Positions 20,601 through 29,549 of a DNA stretch of 64,000 bases are shown here, one piece after another (positions within the stretch are counted from its first letter, which is position 1; every line of letters starts with the position of its first letter). The position numbers were made by a program, and so were the translations under genes. The stretch covers positions 2,782 through 66,781 of IMG/VR virus record IMGVR_UViG_3300028423_001110. One strand, 5' to 3'. Source of the stretch: a virus. The notes below the pieces were generated by a model. It made no database searches. It had not been told where the DNA came from and saw only the letters and a list, made by a program, of their open reading frames with translations.

Positions 20601-23600
20601 GAAACTTCTGAACAAAATTTTGGAGCTACGCTAGATATAAATGAAGAAGGAAATATGCTTGCTATAGGATCACCTACAGAAGATATTGAAACAATGAACG
20701 ACGGTGCAGTTTTCATTTATAAACAAATTAACAAGGACTTTGAAATAGATCAAATTGTTTTCAGTCCAATCCAAGACAAAAACGAACAGTTTGGATATGA
20801 AGTTTCATTAAGCAATGACATTGTTGCAATTACTTCTAAGAACGGAGATTCTCAAATTGACACTACGTTTGATTCTGGAGAAACTAGTTTTGATAACTCC
20901 TTTACAAAATTTGTCGATTTTAACGAAAATACTGGAGTAGTTCACTTATATGAAAAAGTAGGCAATAAATTTGTCTATGGCGAAACTGTTGATTTTGAAG
21001 ATAGCAGTGTTCGATACTTCGGCCGCAATATAAAAATTAAAAATAATCAATTGTATGTCGGACTTCCAGACCTCCAATATTCAGGATTAAAAGAAGGAAT
21101 CTTAATTAATTTTTATAAAAAGCCCGGTGCAAGTCTTTGGAATGTGTTAAGAGAATCAAAATCAACAGTCGATGTTAATAAAATTAAAAAGATTTTCTTG
21201 TACAATACAGTAACAAACAAATTAATAAACTACCTAGATTACATTGATCCTCTCCAAGGCAAAATTGCAGGCATTGCAGAACAGGAAATAGATTTTAAAT
21301 TATATTATGATCCTGCTGTATATACGGTCGGTTCGAATGTCAATATAGATAAAACAAATTTTTGGGGAGAAGATCAAGTTGGAAAAATTTGGTGGGATTT
21401 AACCAAAGCCAAATTTATATATCCTTATCAAAATAGTACTACATTTAGTGCAAATAATTGGAATAATATTTTTTCTGATTTTAATGAAATAGAAGTTTAC
21501 GAATGGGTTGAATCGGATATACCTCCTTCTAGATGGGATGAACTAAGTGGAACTGCTTCTGGAATTTCTCAAAGTATTAGCGGTAATACCAAATACGGCG
21601 ATAATGCATTTGTGCAAAAAAGAACATATGACAGAACAAGTAAAACTTTTGGAGAAAAATTTTATTATTGGGTAAAAAACAAAATTACAGTTCCGAACAC
21701 CGAAAACAGAAATTTGTCAGCACAGGACATTTCAAAATTAATTCAAGATCCAGCCGGGCAAGGATATAGATTTGTAAGTTTAATAAGTCCTACAGAGTTT
21801 GCTCTGTACAATTGTAATTCTTTGATTCAAAATGACGACATTGCTGTTAGTTTTCAAGTATACACAATCGACGATCAGAGAATTAATGTACATGATCAAT
21901 ATCAAATTATTACAGAAGGATTAGAAACCAGTCGACCTAAAAAGGATATCGAACAAAAATGGTTTGATAGTTTAATTGGCTATGACGAACAACGAAGGCT
22001 TGTACCGGCATTAGAATTATCTGAAAAAGAAAAATACGGTATTTTAAATAGACCAAGACAAAGTTGGTTTATTAACAGAGTCGAAGCTTTAAAACAAGCA
22101 ATTGATCGAGTTAATCGAGTACTAGAAAATACTTTACTTGTTAATGATAAAGATTTATCAAACCTAGAACAAGAACAGGAACCACCTTCCTTTGTCACTA
22201 ATTTATATGATGTTGAAGTTGAATCTAAACTTGATTTGCAATTTATTGGAACAGCAAGACTTAGACAAGCAAAATTAAATCCAATATTCGAAAACGGCCA
22301 ACTTATAGATGTGCAAATTCTAGATTCTGGAAGAGGATATATTGTGCCTCCGACAGTAGAAATTAGAGGTACTGGCTCAGGAGCAGAAGTTAAACTATCG
22401 ATTAACAATCAAGGAGAAGTAGTTAATACAGAGATAGTAGAAAGAGGTCGAAATTATAATCAAAATTCTCTTCTCAATGTTCGGCGTTTTTCTGTTTTAG
22501 TTAGAAATGACGAAACACTAGGAGGTCGGTGGTCGCTATACGAAAGAGACTATGTTGCAAGTTCATGGTTCAGAACAAACAGCCAAGGTTACAATGTTAA
22601 AAGATATTGGGAATATAAAGATTGGTATGCTGCAGGAGTTAATCAATTTACAAACATTGATTGGACTGTTTCTGAAATTTATGAATTAAGTAACATCGAC
22701 GACGAAATTAGAGATATTATTAAAGTAGATAATATTGGTTCAGGCGGTTGGATCCTTCTACAAAAAATTGATAATCAGCCAAACGCAGATTTTACAGTTA
22801 ATTATTCAACAATTGGTCAGCAAAACGGAACTATTCAATTTAAATCTAGTTTATACGATATAGAAGAAAATCTAGCAGGATTTGATGTTACTGCTTTTGA
22901 TAATCTTAATTTTGACTCGTTACCGTCTATAGAAACAAGAATTATTCTCGAAACTATAAGAGATAATATTTTTATAGATGAATTGTCTATCGAATATAAT
23001 AAACTTTTCTTTTCAAGTTTGAGATATGTATTTTCTGAACAAAATTATGTAGATTGGGCGTTTAAAACTAGTTTTATAAAAGCACGTCATAATGTTGGAG
23101 AGTTAGAACAAAGAATTACTTTCCGCAACGATAACTTGCAAAATTTTGAAGATTATTTCAATGAAGTAAAACCTTATAAAAGTAATGTTAGAGAGTACTT
23201 GTCGGCCTATGATAAGTTAGACAACAGCCGAACATTAAATACAGATTTTGATTTATCGCCTATATATTCTAATTTTGAAAATCGAATCCGCCCTATAGAT
23301 GTTAAAGTATCAAACAATAGTATTGCTGTTACAGACCCCGCTATAAATCTTTATCCTAATAAAAACTGGCTCGATAATGTGGGATTTTCGTTAGAAAAAA
23401 TTGAAATAGCAGATCCCGGATTTGGCTACACAACTAGACCGATTGTGTTTATCTCTGGCGGAGGCGGAACTGGAGCAGAGGCAACTGCATCGCTTGGCCG
23501 CAACGGTATAATTAAGTCGATCACAGTTACTAATCCTGGCCAAGGCTACATAAGTACACCTGAAATTTCTATAAATGGATCGTTAGCAGATGGAGGAAGA

Positions 23601-26600
23601 CCTGCTGCTGCGTCTGCTTATCTAGGTAATTCGCTAATTAGAACTATTAAAAGTACGGTCAAATTTGATAGAGTTTCGGGTGACTTTTATTACACCGACC
23701 TAGAAACTTCAGAAAATTTTATAGGATCAGGAAATCGAAGATTATTTGAACTAGAATGGCCGTTAGATACTAGAAAAAATCAGATATCTGTTTTTGTTAA
23801 TAATCAACTTGTGTTAACAGGTTCGTACACATTTTCTAATCAACTAGATAAAACCAAAGGTTATGACCGATATAAAGGTCAAATCTTTTTCGACGAACCT
23901 CCCGCACGCAATTCAGAAGTTCGTATAATTTACAACAAAAATATTTCATTACTCGATGCACAAGATAGAATTAACTTTTTTTATAATCTAGGAAACACAG
24001 AGTTCGACAAGCCTCTTGGCCAATTAATAGATGGTGTAGATTATGGAGGAGTAGAAGTAACAAGCTTTGATTTCGACCAAGTCACCGGATGGGACACACA
24101 GCCTTGGGCATCTGCTCCTTGGGACATTTTTGATAATACGTTTGAAGATGAAATATTTTACAAAAAAGTAGTTGTTTTAGAATTAGAAAATTCTGTAACT
24201 TTACAGCAGAATACTATTATTAGTCAAGATAGCACGGGTGCTACAGGCAGAGTAATATCTACAGTAGAAAACAGCACTGAAGTTAAATTATCATGTAATA
24301 TAGGAGAGATATTTAATACTATTGACGAGATTAGATTTGATGATAGTACAGTAGCTGACAGTAGTATAAGCGTACCTATAAATGTAACTACAGAACCCTT
24401 TGAGCTTGCAAAGCCTTTAGAAGACGGAGTGGAATATAATCTTTATAAAATTACACGAAATAAAGTCGGGTCGGTATTGCGTAATATTAGATTAGATGAT
24501 CCTAATTATGACGGAAGCACTATACTAGACAACGATGCAATAATAGAACCGATTATCGGAGATGGAGAAAGAACAACGCTAGATGCAGATGAAATTGGCA
24601 TAGATCTTTCCTTAAATGAAGATGAAACTAGTGCGTCGATTATTCTTAGAAAATCTACAAGCGACGGTTCCATATCACTAGACGAAGATTCTTACGACAC
24701 AGATTTGAGTGGAGGAGATTTATCTTATTCTAGTGCCACGGGTATTTTGGCCGAAGATATAAATTTCGACGGCGACGGATTTGTAACTACTACTACATCT
24801 AAAGGTCCGGAAGAAGTAGTTCCGGGTCAAATTATTGACACACTAGACATTACAGTCTATGAGAATCCGATTGAAGGATCTAGCAATATTGTTTCAAGAA
24901 ATTATATCGGAAACGGAGTTAAAACCAATTTCGACATTGGAACTTACCCTATTAGTCAAAAAAATGTTTTTGTTAAATTAGATAATATTATACAAACACA
25001 AGATAATTATACAATTAACTACACAAATAAAGAAATTGTGTTTACAACTCCGCCTGCAACCAATTCTAGAATTAATATTATTGTTTTACAAGAAAGTTCT
25101 ACAGAAATACTAGAAGTAAAACAATTTAAAACTAACAAACTTACTAGCAACTTTGAATTGGATCAAAAATATAAGACAGAGCTAGATGCTTTTGTAACAG
25201 TTAATGGTATCGAAGAGTCCTTTACGATATCTAACGAATCGCTAGAAAAAACAATTATAACAACAGCTACACCGGTTAATTCAAATAGAATTGTAACTGT
25301 TATATTAACTAATAAAGGCGAATCTATAAGAAATTACAGTATTGTCGAAGTTAATGAATTTGAAGCTGACGGTAGCACTATAGATTTTACATTAGATAAC
25401 AATATATTTGTACAGCAGCCTGCACAAGCATTTAGTTTAGTAAAAGTTAATAACACTATTTTAAGTCCTGGTTATAGCCAAAGATTTTTTGTTAACAACG
25501 AGAATAGATACCAGTTAGATCTTACTCAAGTTCCTGTAGGATCAGTAAATGGATACGAAATAGAAGTTTACTTAAATGGACGATTATTAGAACAATCGTT
25601 AGAATGGAATTTTGAAGGTGCAGGCGGATTTGATTCGTCTATTGACGATAGCCAGCCCGGAAGTGTTCTTTTCTTAAAACCTGGTACTGCTGAAATTGGT
25701 GACGAACTGAAGGTACATATTATTTCAGGAGGCGAATATCGATTTGGTTTCTTTGACCAAGACAATAGGTTTAATCCGCAAAGAGGAGAAGACTCAACAC
25801 TTCCGGTACTTCACTTAGACCAAGCTTTTCAGCCTGGAGATAATATAACTGTTTATACATTTAGTAATCATAATTCGCAAGGCATAGAAAGGCAAGTGCT
25901 TGAAGTGTTAGAAAAAACACAAACAAAAATTAACACTCCGGAATATTTTGAATTCCAAAGATTAACAAAAGGTAAAATTAAATTAAGAAAACAGGCTTTT
26001 AGTGTTGATTGGGTTTGGCTAATTCAAAACGGAACTTTATTATCACCTAGTGTTGATTATAATCTTACAATAGATAAAAAATACATACAAATGATAGAGC
26101 CTCCTAAAGAAGGCGATGTACTTGATATTATTCATTTTTCGGCCAATCCAACTAATCCTTCGTTTGGCTGGAGACAATTTAAAGATATGCTCAATAGGGT
26201 ACATTATAAAAAACTAAGTTCTAGTTTTACACTTGCAACTGATTTACACTATTACGACAAAGTTATTGTTGTAGAAAATGCAGATAGCTTACCAGACCCT
26301 AGAAAAAATTCAAGACAACCGGGTGTTATCTTTTTAGATAAAGAAAGAATTGAATATTTTATAAAAGACGGAAACGAGCTAAAGCAGTTAAGAAGAGGAA
26401 CACTGGGCACAGGAGTAAAACAGGTTTATTCCGCAGGAACGCAATTTGTAGAACAAGGTAATGTACACAATATTCCATATAAAGATGATACACAGACAGT
26501 ACAGTTTGTCGGCGACGGCACATCAAATACGTTCGAGTTACCGTTCGAAGTTCCTAGTGTTGACTATATAGAAGTGTTTGTAGCAGGAAAGAGGCTTTGT

Positions 26601-26831
26601 AAATTTGAACAGTCTATTTTCGATAAAAATTTAGCGCAAGATTCGCCCGAAGGCGATATCTTACAAGACTCGGAATTTGAAATCGAATTTAATACCTTAA
26701 AATTAACCAAGGCTCCTGAAGATAATGTAAGTATAACAGTTATAAGAAAATCTCTAGACCTTTGGACAGACTTTAATACTCCGTTGGCGTTGTCTAATAC
26801 GGAAGTAGCTAAATTTCTAAGGCGAACCTAG
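11664..26831 (+). CDS. Giant (5055 aa) virion structural protein, probably gp7-like baseplate wedge or fibre scaffold
   Basis: Follows gp6 with a 14-nt overlap. HLPRYFRT N-terminus, FG-GAP-like propeller blades (FGASVAIS..GDYLAIGSP), CBM5/12-like W/F..Y..G..V.Y repeats, GxGY..P.V.I.G repeats and F.G.G....F.L repeats. Confidence 0.7.
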   Translation: MAYNNDQQEYPLPDGSDDRRRSSQHLPRYFRTEVNNKFLSSTMDQMIQPGVVENLNGYIGRKEAKAFKSDDFYLGDISKQRDDYQLEPASIIQDNLGNITFYKDYNDYRNQLKNLENSNLNDSIINQQEYYAWNPHVDWDKLVNFREYYWLPNGPDPIPITGNRTNIATTYTVNNVDNLDNRGFVFSPDGLTQNPELTLYRGITYRFEIDSPNLPISIRTNRIVAPNWRPGTYYLEGESVQFNGQIFTAEVPHRAVSPLSDLTNSTIDELFELDREKWNLDNSFNLVKEISKQNVENGTIELTLGPETPDFLYYLSNEDINAGGLIRVYDIDQASFLNIEQEILGKKTYTTTNGFSLSNGMKVYFQGSTFPEKFQEGNYYVEGVGEFISLITEENLTLTTAFVEDEFVEFDSEGFDTTPFSRSIGFPREKDYLTINRSSQDGNLWSKYNRWFHREIIETAARINQTGLELDQNQRAIRPIIEFEPNIRLFNFGTIAKQPVDLVDNFTTDVFSTVEGSQGYNIDGVNLQNGMRVLFTADTDQRVRSKIYRVNFINFQNNRQIALTETDDSEPLTNEVVLCGQGTTFGGRNLFFNGVEWKLAQEKRSVNQAPLFEVYNCSGDSLADPEIYEATIFNGTEIFSYRVNNNGIVDSELGFPLSYRNIENVGDIVFEFDLLKDAATYCPEGSQVLQEPAGLGVLHQYKNRTEFDAVNGWKIADNFSDQRVIRQFVAVQDDVFFPIDMYDESGLLTDLELNITVNNKFQIQGSDYQIVNNTRNTAFVQFFNGLNENDIVLIKAKSKAPKNNNGLYEIPSNLEKNPLNENLGDLTLGEINDHARSIVEEIENFSGEFPGISNLRDQQNISKFGKRIIKHSAPLNLALFHLVDKDANLVKALRFAKNEYAKFKRNFLQVAFDLGFNGDVKKHVDLILKEVNRYKNNSDPFYFSDMLAYRGEKVAQFEIESDQQKFFSLIEPFSLNEVNDKAVYVYLNRKQLLFAVDYTFNSEGFLVLDCEIKRGDVLEICEYESTNGSFIPPTPTKLGLYPLSTPEKLIDDTYLETQEIIQGHDGSKILAFGDFRDDLLLELEYRIFNNIKVTYDKELFNINEFVPSIFSNTSLTQEQIENTMLNEFVEWTELIDEEYSENRFYNRQNPFTYNYTGSSNYLNQPVSGYWRAIYKNAFDTDRPHSHPWEMLGFTSKPAWWEDQYGPAPYTKDNLILWEDLEEGIIRESGNVPIAIDRYKRPGLTSALPVDNEGNLVAPLTSGYIQDYNPNNFSKIFKFGDQGPVETAWRRSSEYPFALLLSLFINQPNRIMAVCFDRIRQQRSIAGEIIYNEPNQHIQLSKLVFPNSINDNEKIFSSGLVNYMRDYLSSSVSANYNEYKNKLRSINNKIGFKLGGFTSKDKFNVILDSRTPTNQGNVFIPEENYKIFLNQSSPVENIFYSGVIIEKQPEGFVIKGYNKQRPFFIFNRPLDSRSNPSVNVGGISEVPTQWEQNIFVTRGIAIQFEGSFYRVSVSHNTGTVFDETKFVKIPKLPITGGRDAIFKRKFNTQETRVPYGTLLPTIQDVVDFLLGYQNYLESKGFIFDYYNNDTGFVANWETSAKEFMFWTTQNWSAGTVLALSPVAERLKFRSEFSVVDDIYDTFYGYSLLKVDGNKFSPEFVSLTREEPNFFEIRPKATADGIFAVRLSLVQKEHVFVIDNKTSFNDIIYDQIPGYRQERVKVLGYRTANWDGSFNTPGFIFDNAVVTEWQPWKDYAIGDTVKYKELYYAAKNRIPGSPVFNSEEWTLLTERPTPQLLPNWEYKTNQFADFYDLDSDNFDEEQQKFAQHLIGYQNRDYLANIINDDVSQYKFYQGFIQDKGTSNALLKLFDVLGNANKESLEFYEEWAIKAGQYGASQGFKEVQYKLDETQFNASPQPIELTNSQIAKNDLVYRIPSYEVFLKNEGYDHKPFPEKKIENYFLKTSGYVNPEDINFKVDQYADILNINFQDLNFSDIVWIGNENNTWNIYTVVRTDITIELIETGTNGYRLYLDTTNFNFEIGEIIGVYNQSSIEGLYQIDDIKNNYLLISVENPIDLPGEKFNGKIYKFVSTRFENEASINAQTKNIENGIQTVWVDNIDNDWKVLQRNKVFSQNGIISQEESELGTNFATSFDVNDRNTVLVVGEPDRQDGQVCVYTRPSPTSTFSLVETLELPNNIADSFPRFGASVAISQNGDYLAIGSPNASNVKTAFRDDFIESNDYAAGEIVRYQDNLWQALTDINGSISNVIFGSFASVLQSRIDLNLIDEDDKEIPILLTANYPFQNIEVANQSHILVRAPVDMYDGSAIGDKVVLKWNTLSYAYQNNNELTPVEPFNNEIQGLDSELITREHTIAEKVDIILHIQNATTVPTVGQTVNSLNAFGTVSYAYNEGSEVTLYIADQNGNFGLVGSLITELGEFVGEYNTAAPINEIRDIENYWGGFWKIDLDFSYTIEDKTRDEGLGLVYTNLITEFSQQDTDSDYYNILDYSTNISSSLDTRYSEIISLPNNESNLDEEDLYLIRAPKEVSDELSSGDQITLFYNNIPSFDSQNFIDTNNIGLSPEELNRTHNVLDLWDGYIVINATEVINDVPVIPKVGLIVQDVTNGGTAEIVFVENVRNIRWILYVKEVQGRWALGSEFGEPRQIEFLSDGSGDSIYDPALGQQLLGIILSRSLGLPEEGIGKLLVFDKKDQIPFSNEEAGSILDAEYWFYTEKEVAGRARPAEFPSEASNNWQQVFNIPAGAGGTSSGLQNEGLFSIYKRTGTSQWSIIDHFIVPQRHNNSKLGYDLEFAEINDIIKLFVRAKGENVFDSSETDYGRLFVIKNGIENGYNYNWEIGRDKQYKGEFTNTRKYFENDIVFVEGQLYQAKTNIDPESFDFNDWELLDRARDYLGFLPNDTSLVFESDIDNIIDLENLQEFAFEFSVSKNGEVLVIALQYNNEPNRVVIYRNLNGLYIKTQEIFAETSEQNFGATLDINEEGNMLAIGSPTEDIETMNDGAVFIYKQINKDFEIDQIVFSPIQDKNEQFGYEVSLSNDIVAITSKNGDSQIDTTFDSGETSFDNSFTKFVDFNENTGVVHLYEKVGNKFVYGETVDFEDSSVRYFGRNIKIKNNQLYVGLPDLQYSGLKEGILINFYKKPGASLWNVLRESKSTVDVNKIKKIFLYNTVTNKLINYLDYIDPLQGKIAGIAEQEIDFKLYYDPAVYTVGSNVNIDKTNFWGEDQVGKIWWDLTKAKFIYPYQNSTTFSANNWNNIFSDFNEIEVYEWVESDIPPSRWDELSGTASGISQSISGNTKYGDNAFVQKRTYDRTSKTFGEKFYYWVKNKITVPNTENRNLSAQDISKLIQDPAGQGYRFVSLISPTEFALYNCNSLIQNDDIAVSFQVYTIDDQRINVHDQYQIITEGLETSRPKKDIEQKWFDSLIGYDEQRRLVPALELSEKEKYGILNRPRQSWFINRVEALKQAIDRVNRVLENTLLVNDKDLSNLEQEQEPPSFVTNLYDVEVESKLDLQFIGTARLRQAKLNPIFENGQLIDVQILDSGRGYIVPPTVEIRGTGSGAEVKLSINNQGEVVNTEIVERGRNYNQNSLLNVRRFSVLVRNDETLGGRWSLYERDYVASSWFRTNSQGYNVKRYWEYKDWYAAGVNQFTNIDWTVSEIYELSNIDDEIRDIIKVDNIGSGGWILLQKIDNQPNADFTVNYSTIGQQNGTIQFKSSLYDIEENLAGFDVTAFDNLNFDSLPSIETRIILETIRDNIFIDELSIEYNKLFFSSLRYVFSEQNYVDWAFKTSFIKARHNVGELEQRITFRNDNLQNFEDYFNEVKPYKSNVREYLSAYDKLDNSRTLNTDFDLSPIYSNFENRIRPIDVKVSNNSIAVTDPAINLYPNKNWLDNVGFSLEKIEIADPGFGYTTRPIVFISGGGGTGAEATASLGRNGIIKSITVTNPGQGYISTPEISINGSLADGGRPAAASAYLGNSLIRTIKSTVKFDRVSGDFYYTDLETSENFIGSGNRRLFELEWPLDTRKNQISVFVNNQLVLTGSYTFSNQLDKTKGYDRYKGQIFFDEPPARNSEVRIIYNKNISLLDAQDRINFFYNLGNTEFDKPLGQLIDGVDYGGVEVTSFDFDQVTGWDTQPWASAPWDIFDNTFEDEIFYKKVVVLELENSVTLQQNTIISQDSTGATGRVISTVENSTEVKLSCNIGEIFNTIDEIRFDDSTVADSSISVPINVTTEPFELAKPLEDGVEYNLYKITRNKVGSVLRNIRLDDPNYDGSTILDNDAIIEPIIGDGERTTLDADEIGIDLSLNEDETSASIILRKSTSDGSISLDEDSYDTDLSGGDLSYSSATGILAEDINFDGDGFVTTTTSKGPEEVVPGQIIDTLDITVYENPIEGSSNIVSRNYIGNGVKTNFDIGTYPISQKNVFVKLDNIIQTQDNYTINYTNKEIVFTTPPATNSRINIIVLQESSTEILEVKQFKTNKLTSNFELDQKYKTELDAFVTVNGIEESFTISNESLEKTIITTATPVNSNRIVTVILTNKGESIRNYSIVEVNEFEADGSTIDFTLDNNIFVQQPAQAFSLVKVNNTILSPGYSQRFFVNNENRYQLDLTQVPVGSVNGYEIEVYLNGRLLEQSLEWNFEGAGGFDSSIDDSQPGSVLFLKPGTAEIGDELKVHIISGGEYRFGFFDQDNRFNPQRGEDSTLPVLHLDQAFQPGDNITVYTFSNHNSQGIERQVLEVLEKTQTKINTPEYFEFQRLTKGKIKLRKQAFSVDWVWLIQNGTLLSPSVDYNLTIDKKYIQMIEPPKEGDVLDIIHFSANPTNPSFGWRQFKDMLNRVHYKKLSSSFTLATDLHYYDKVIVVENADSLPDPRKNSRQPGVIFLDKERIEYFIKDGNELKQLRRGTLGTGVKQVYSAGTQFVEQGNVHNIPYKDDTQTVQFVGDGTSNTFELPFEVPSVDYIEVFVAGKRLCKFEQSIFDKNLAQDSPEGDILQDSEFEIEFNTLKLTKAPEDNVSITVIRKSLDLWTDFNTPLALSNTEVAKFLRRT

Positions 26832-26844
26832 GTATATAGTACAC

Positions 26845-26852
26845 GATAAATA
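26845..26852 (+). promoter_or_regulatory. Late promoter GATAAATA
   Basis: Intergenic, upstream of 26871. Confidence 0.6.
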
Positions 26853-26870
26853 AAGCATAGGATAAAAAAA

Positions 26871-27485
26871 ATGACAGATGGTTTTAACGATTACAATGGT
26901 GTTTTATTGCAGGGTCATATAAAAATACACGATCCACAAACAGAAGACGTTTTTGTAGATAAACGTAATGCAATACACTATGAGAATATATCAATTTCTC
27001 TTGCAGAAAGTTTAGCAAATGAAGGAACAGGATGGATATCAGAAATGGCTTTTGGCAACGGAGGGACATCTGTTGATACAACTGGCATAATCACATATTT
27101 AACTCCAAACTCCGCAGGCACAAATGCAAGTCTTTATAATCAAACATATCAAAAAATAGTAGATGACAGGTCTGTTAATAATCTAGATCCTACTAGAAAT
27201 AAAATTGAAATTCGGCATGTTAGCGGAACAAATTTTACCGATGTACTTGTAACATGTTTACTTGATTACGGAGAGCCAGAGGACCAAGATGCGTTTGACA
27301 ATTCTGCAGATAGTCAAGGGTCATATATTTTTGATGAACTTGGACTAAGAGCTTATTCGCCCGACGGCTCGGGCCGTTTACTTACTCATGTTATATTTCA
27401 CCCTGTGCAAAAAAGTTTAAATCGTCTAATTCAAATAGATTACACGGTCAGAGTCCAGTCATTATCTGGATTTAATGAGGTATAA
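26871..27485 (+). CDS. Virion structural protein (baseplate/fibre attachment-like)
   Basis: GHIKI...DKRNAIH...FGNGG...FDELGL...LTHVIFHPVQKS.NR...IDYT pattern; sits in the structural operon. Confidence 0.55.
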   Translation: MTDGFNDYNGVLLQGHIKIHDPQTEDVFVDKRNAIHYENISISLAESLANEGTGWISEMAFGNGGTSVDTTGIITYLTPNSAGTNASLYNQTYQKIVDDRSVNNLDPTRNKIEIRHVSGTNFTDVLVTCLLDYGEPEDQDAFDNSADSQGSYIFDELGLRAYSPDGSGRLLTHVIFHPVQKSLNRLIQIDYTVRVQSLSGFNEV

Positions 27486-27487
27486 TA

Positions 27488-29545
27488 ATGCCGTATACAA
27501 TTGCGTTTACTGATTTTAATAATAAAGAAGATATTTTTGTAGAAGATCTAGTTCTAAATCAACAGACTAGTCTAAAATTTCCAGGCAGGCAATATAGCGG
27601 TTATGCAACAGCAATTTCAGAAAACTTTCTACATTTATTAGAAAATTTTTCAAATAATTCTCCCCCTCAGCGAGCAGTCGAAGGTCAATTATGGTATGAT
27701 AATACAGACGGAATTAACCAATTAAAAATTTATGACGGAACAACATGGCTTCCGTCTGGTAATGTAAAAAAAGCAGAAGAGCAGCCAGACAACTCTATTT
27801 CTCAGCCGGGCGATCTATGGGTTGATACTAATAATCAACAATTATATTTAAATTCTGGATCAGGTTGGATTTTGGTTGGTCCAGAATTCACCGGTGGATT
27901 GCCAACTGGGGCTGCTCCGCGTACTATTATTGGACAAGACAACAATGAATATAAAGTTGTAATAGTAGAGATTAACGCAGAAATAGTTGCTATTCTATCT
28001 ACTGCTGAATTTTCTCCTAAATCAACAATACCAGGGTTTACTAGAAGCCCAATTAAGCCAGGGCTAAATTTATCTTCTAATAATATTACTGGATCTGGCA
28101 TACCTAAATTAATAGGAACAACCGAAAAAGCCGAGTCTTTGGTAGTAAATAACGAAAGTGTTGATGCAAGTAATTTTTTACGCGGCGATACTACTAGCAC
28201 TAGCTTTTTCCCTTTAAATATTAGAAATAATACAGGCATAAACATTGGCACCGACTCCGCAATTAGTTTAGGAGTTGAAGGCCAGGCTGGTATATTACAA
28301 CATCAAATAAATGGATCTAATATTGACATACGTATTAGAAATCAAGGAAGTTCAAAAACTGTAATTAGAGTAGACAGTAGCGAACGTGTTGGAATTAACA
28401 CAGAGTCGCCTGACGAAGCGTTAGATGTGAATGGTAATATTGCTAGTAATTCACAAATAAAGATTAATAGCACAATTGATTCAAATAATATAAATTCTGG
28501 TTCTTTTATTACAAAAGGTGGCGCAGCAGTTGCAAAAAATCTCAGTGTCGGTGGTCAAAGTTCATTTGATCAAACAGTTACTTTAGGAAGTGAAAATTTA
28601 ACAGAACAGACTAGTAATGTTCTGTTACCTGACACAAATAATACTAGAAGCATTGGTTCAGACAACTTGAGATGGCAAAATATCTATGCAACTAATTTTA
28701 GAGGAAGCCTTATCGGTAATGTTAGCGGAAGTATTTCAGGTACAGCCGGTTCTGCTTTTAAATTAACAAACGGTACGACTTTTAGGCATACTGGAGATAT
28801 TACTTCTAATGAAATTCTATTTGACGGTTCAGCCGGCGGCAACGAGAAAATTTTCCAAACTACTTTAAATAATTCTGTAATCAGCAACAAAGAAGATACT
28901 GCATTTGCAAATCTTTCAGATGAAATTCTTATTAATAGAACATCTGGCACCGTTGGCCTCTATAAAGTTTCAGTTAATAATTTATTAGATCGAATTCCTA
29001 CAAATCCTCCTGGAATTATTGCTCCTTTTGCAGGCGATACAGCACCACAAGGATGGTTATTATGCGACGGTTCACTTTACGACATTGCAGATTTCCCGCA
29101 ACTTTCTAAAGTTCTGCAAAATAAATTTACAGGGACAGCATCTGTGCCTTCCACCCAGTTTAGAGTGCCAGATTTAAGAGGCCGCATGCCATTAGGCGCA
29201 GATAATATGGGCGGACAGAGTGCTAATGTTGTTCAAGGGCTTTATGCAGATGCAATTGGAGCTACTGGCGGGTCTGAAACTACTAATTTAACCGTAAATA
29301 ATTTGCCCCAACACGAGCATACATTTAGAGATTCAAACAACAATCAGTTTTATGCATTTAGAAACGAATCTGTCGAAACTGATGTATTCGGAGCTATACC
29401 TTTTACAGCACCGACGGGTAGTAAATTTGACTTCTTAGCAACGTCAGGAGAAATTGACGGTGTAGCAGAAGAGGATTTCGAAGCAGTTAATAACATGAAT
29501 CCTACTCTTACTCTGAACTACATAATTTACACTGGCCAAGGATAA
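27488..29545 (+). CDS. Tail fibre with C-terminal phage tail collar domain
   Basis: Shared N-terminal ENFLHLLENF...GQLWYD domain. PPGIIAPFAG..APQGWLLCDGS...FRVPDLRGR.P.G collar motif and LNYIIY end. Confidence 0.8.
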   Translation: MPYTIAFTDFNNKEDIFVEDLVLNQQTSLKFPGRQYSGYATAISENFLHLLENFSNNSPPQRAVEGQLWYDNTDGINQLKIYDGTTWLPSGNVKKAEEQPDNSISQPGDLWVDTNNQQLYLNSGSGWILVGPEFTGGLPTGAAPRTIIGQDNNEYKVVIVEINAEIVAILSTAEFSPKSTIPGFTRSPIKPGLNLSSNNITGSGIPKLIGTTEKAESLVVNNESVDASNFLRGDTTSTSFFPLNIRNNTGINIGTDSAISLGVEGQAGILQHQINGSNIDIRIRNQGSSKTVIRVDSSERVGINTESPDEALDVNGNIASNSQIKINSTIDSNNINSGSFITKGGAAVAKNLSVGGQSSFDQTVTLGSENLTEQTSNVLLPDTNNTRSIGSDNLRWQNIYATNFRGSLIGNVSGSISGTAGSAFKLTNGTTFRHTGDITSNEILFDGSAGGNEKIFQTTLNNSVISNKEDTAFANLSDEILINRTSGTVGLYKVSVNNLLDRIPTNPPGIIAPFAGDTAPQGWLLCDGSLYDIADFPQLSKVLQNKFTGTASVPSTQFRVPDLRGRMPLGADNMGGQSANVVQGLYADAIGATGGSETTNLTVNNLPQHEHTFRDSNNNQFYAFRNESVETDVFGAIPFTAPTGSKFDFLATSGEIDGVAEEDFEAVNNMNPTLTLNYIIYTGQG

Positions 29546-29549
29546 AAAT

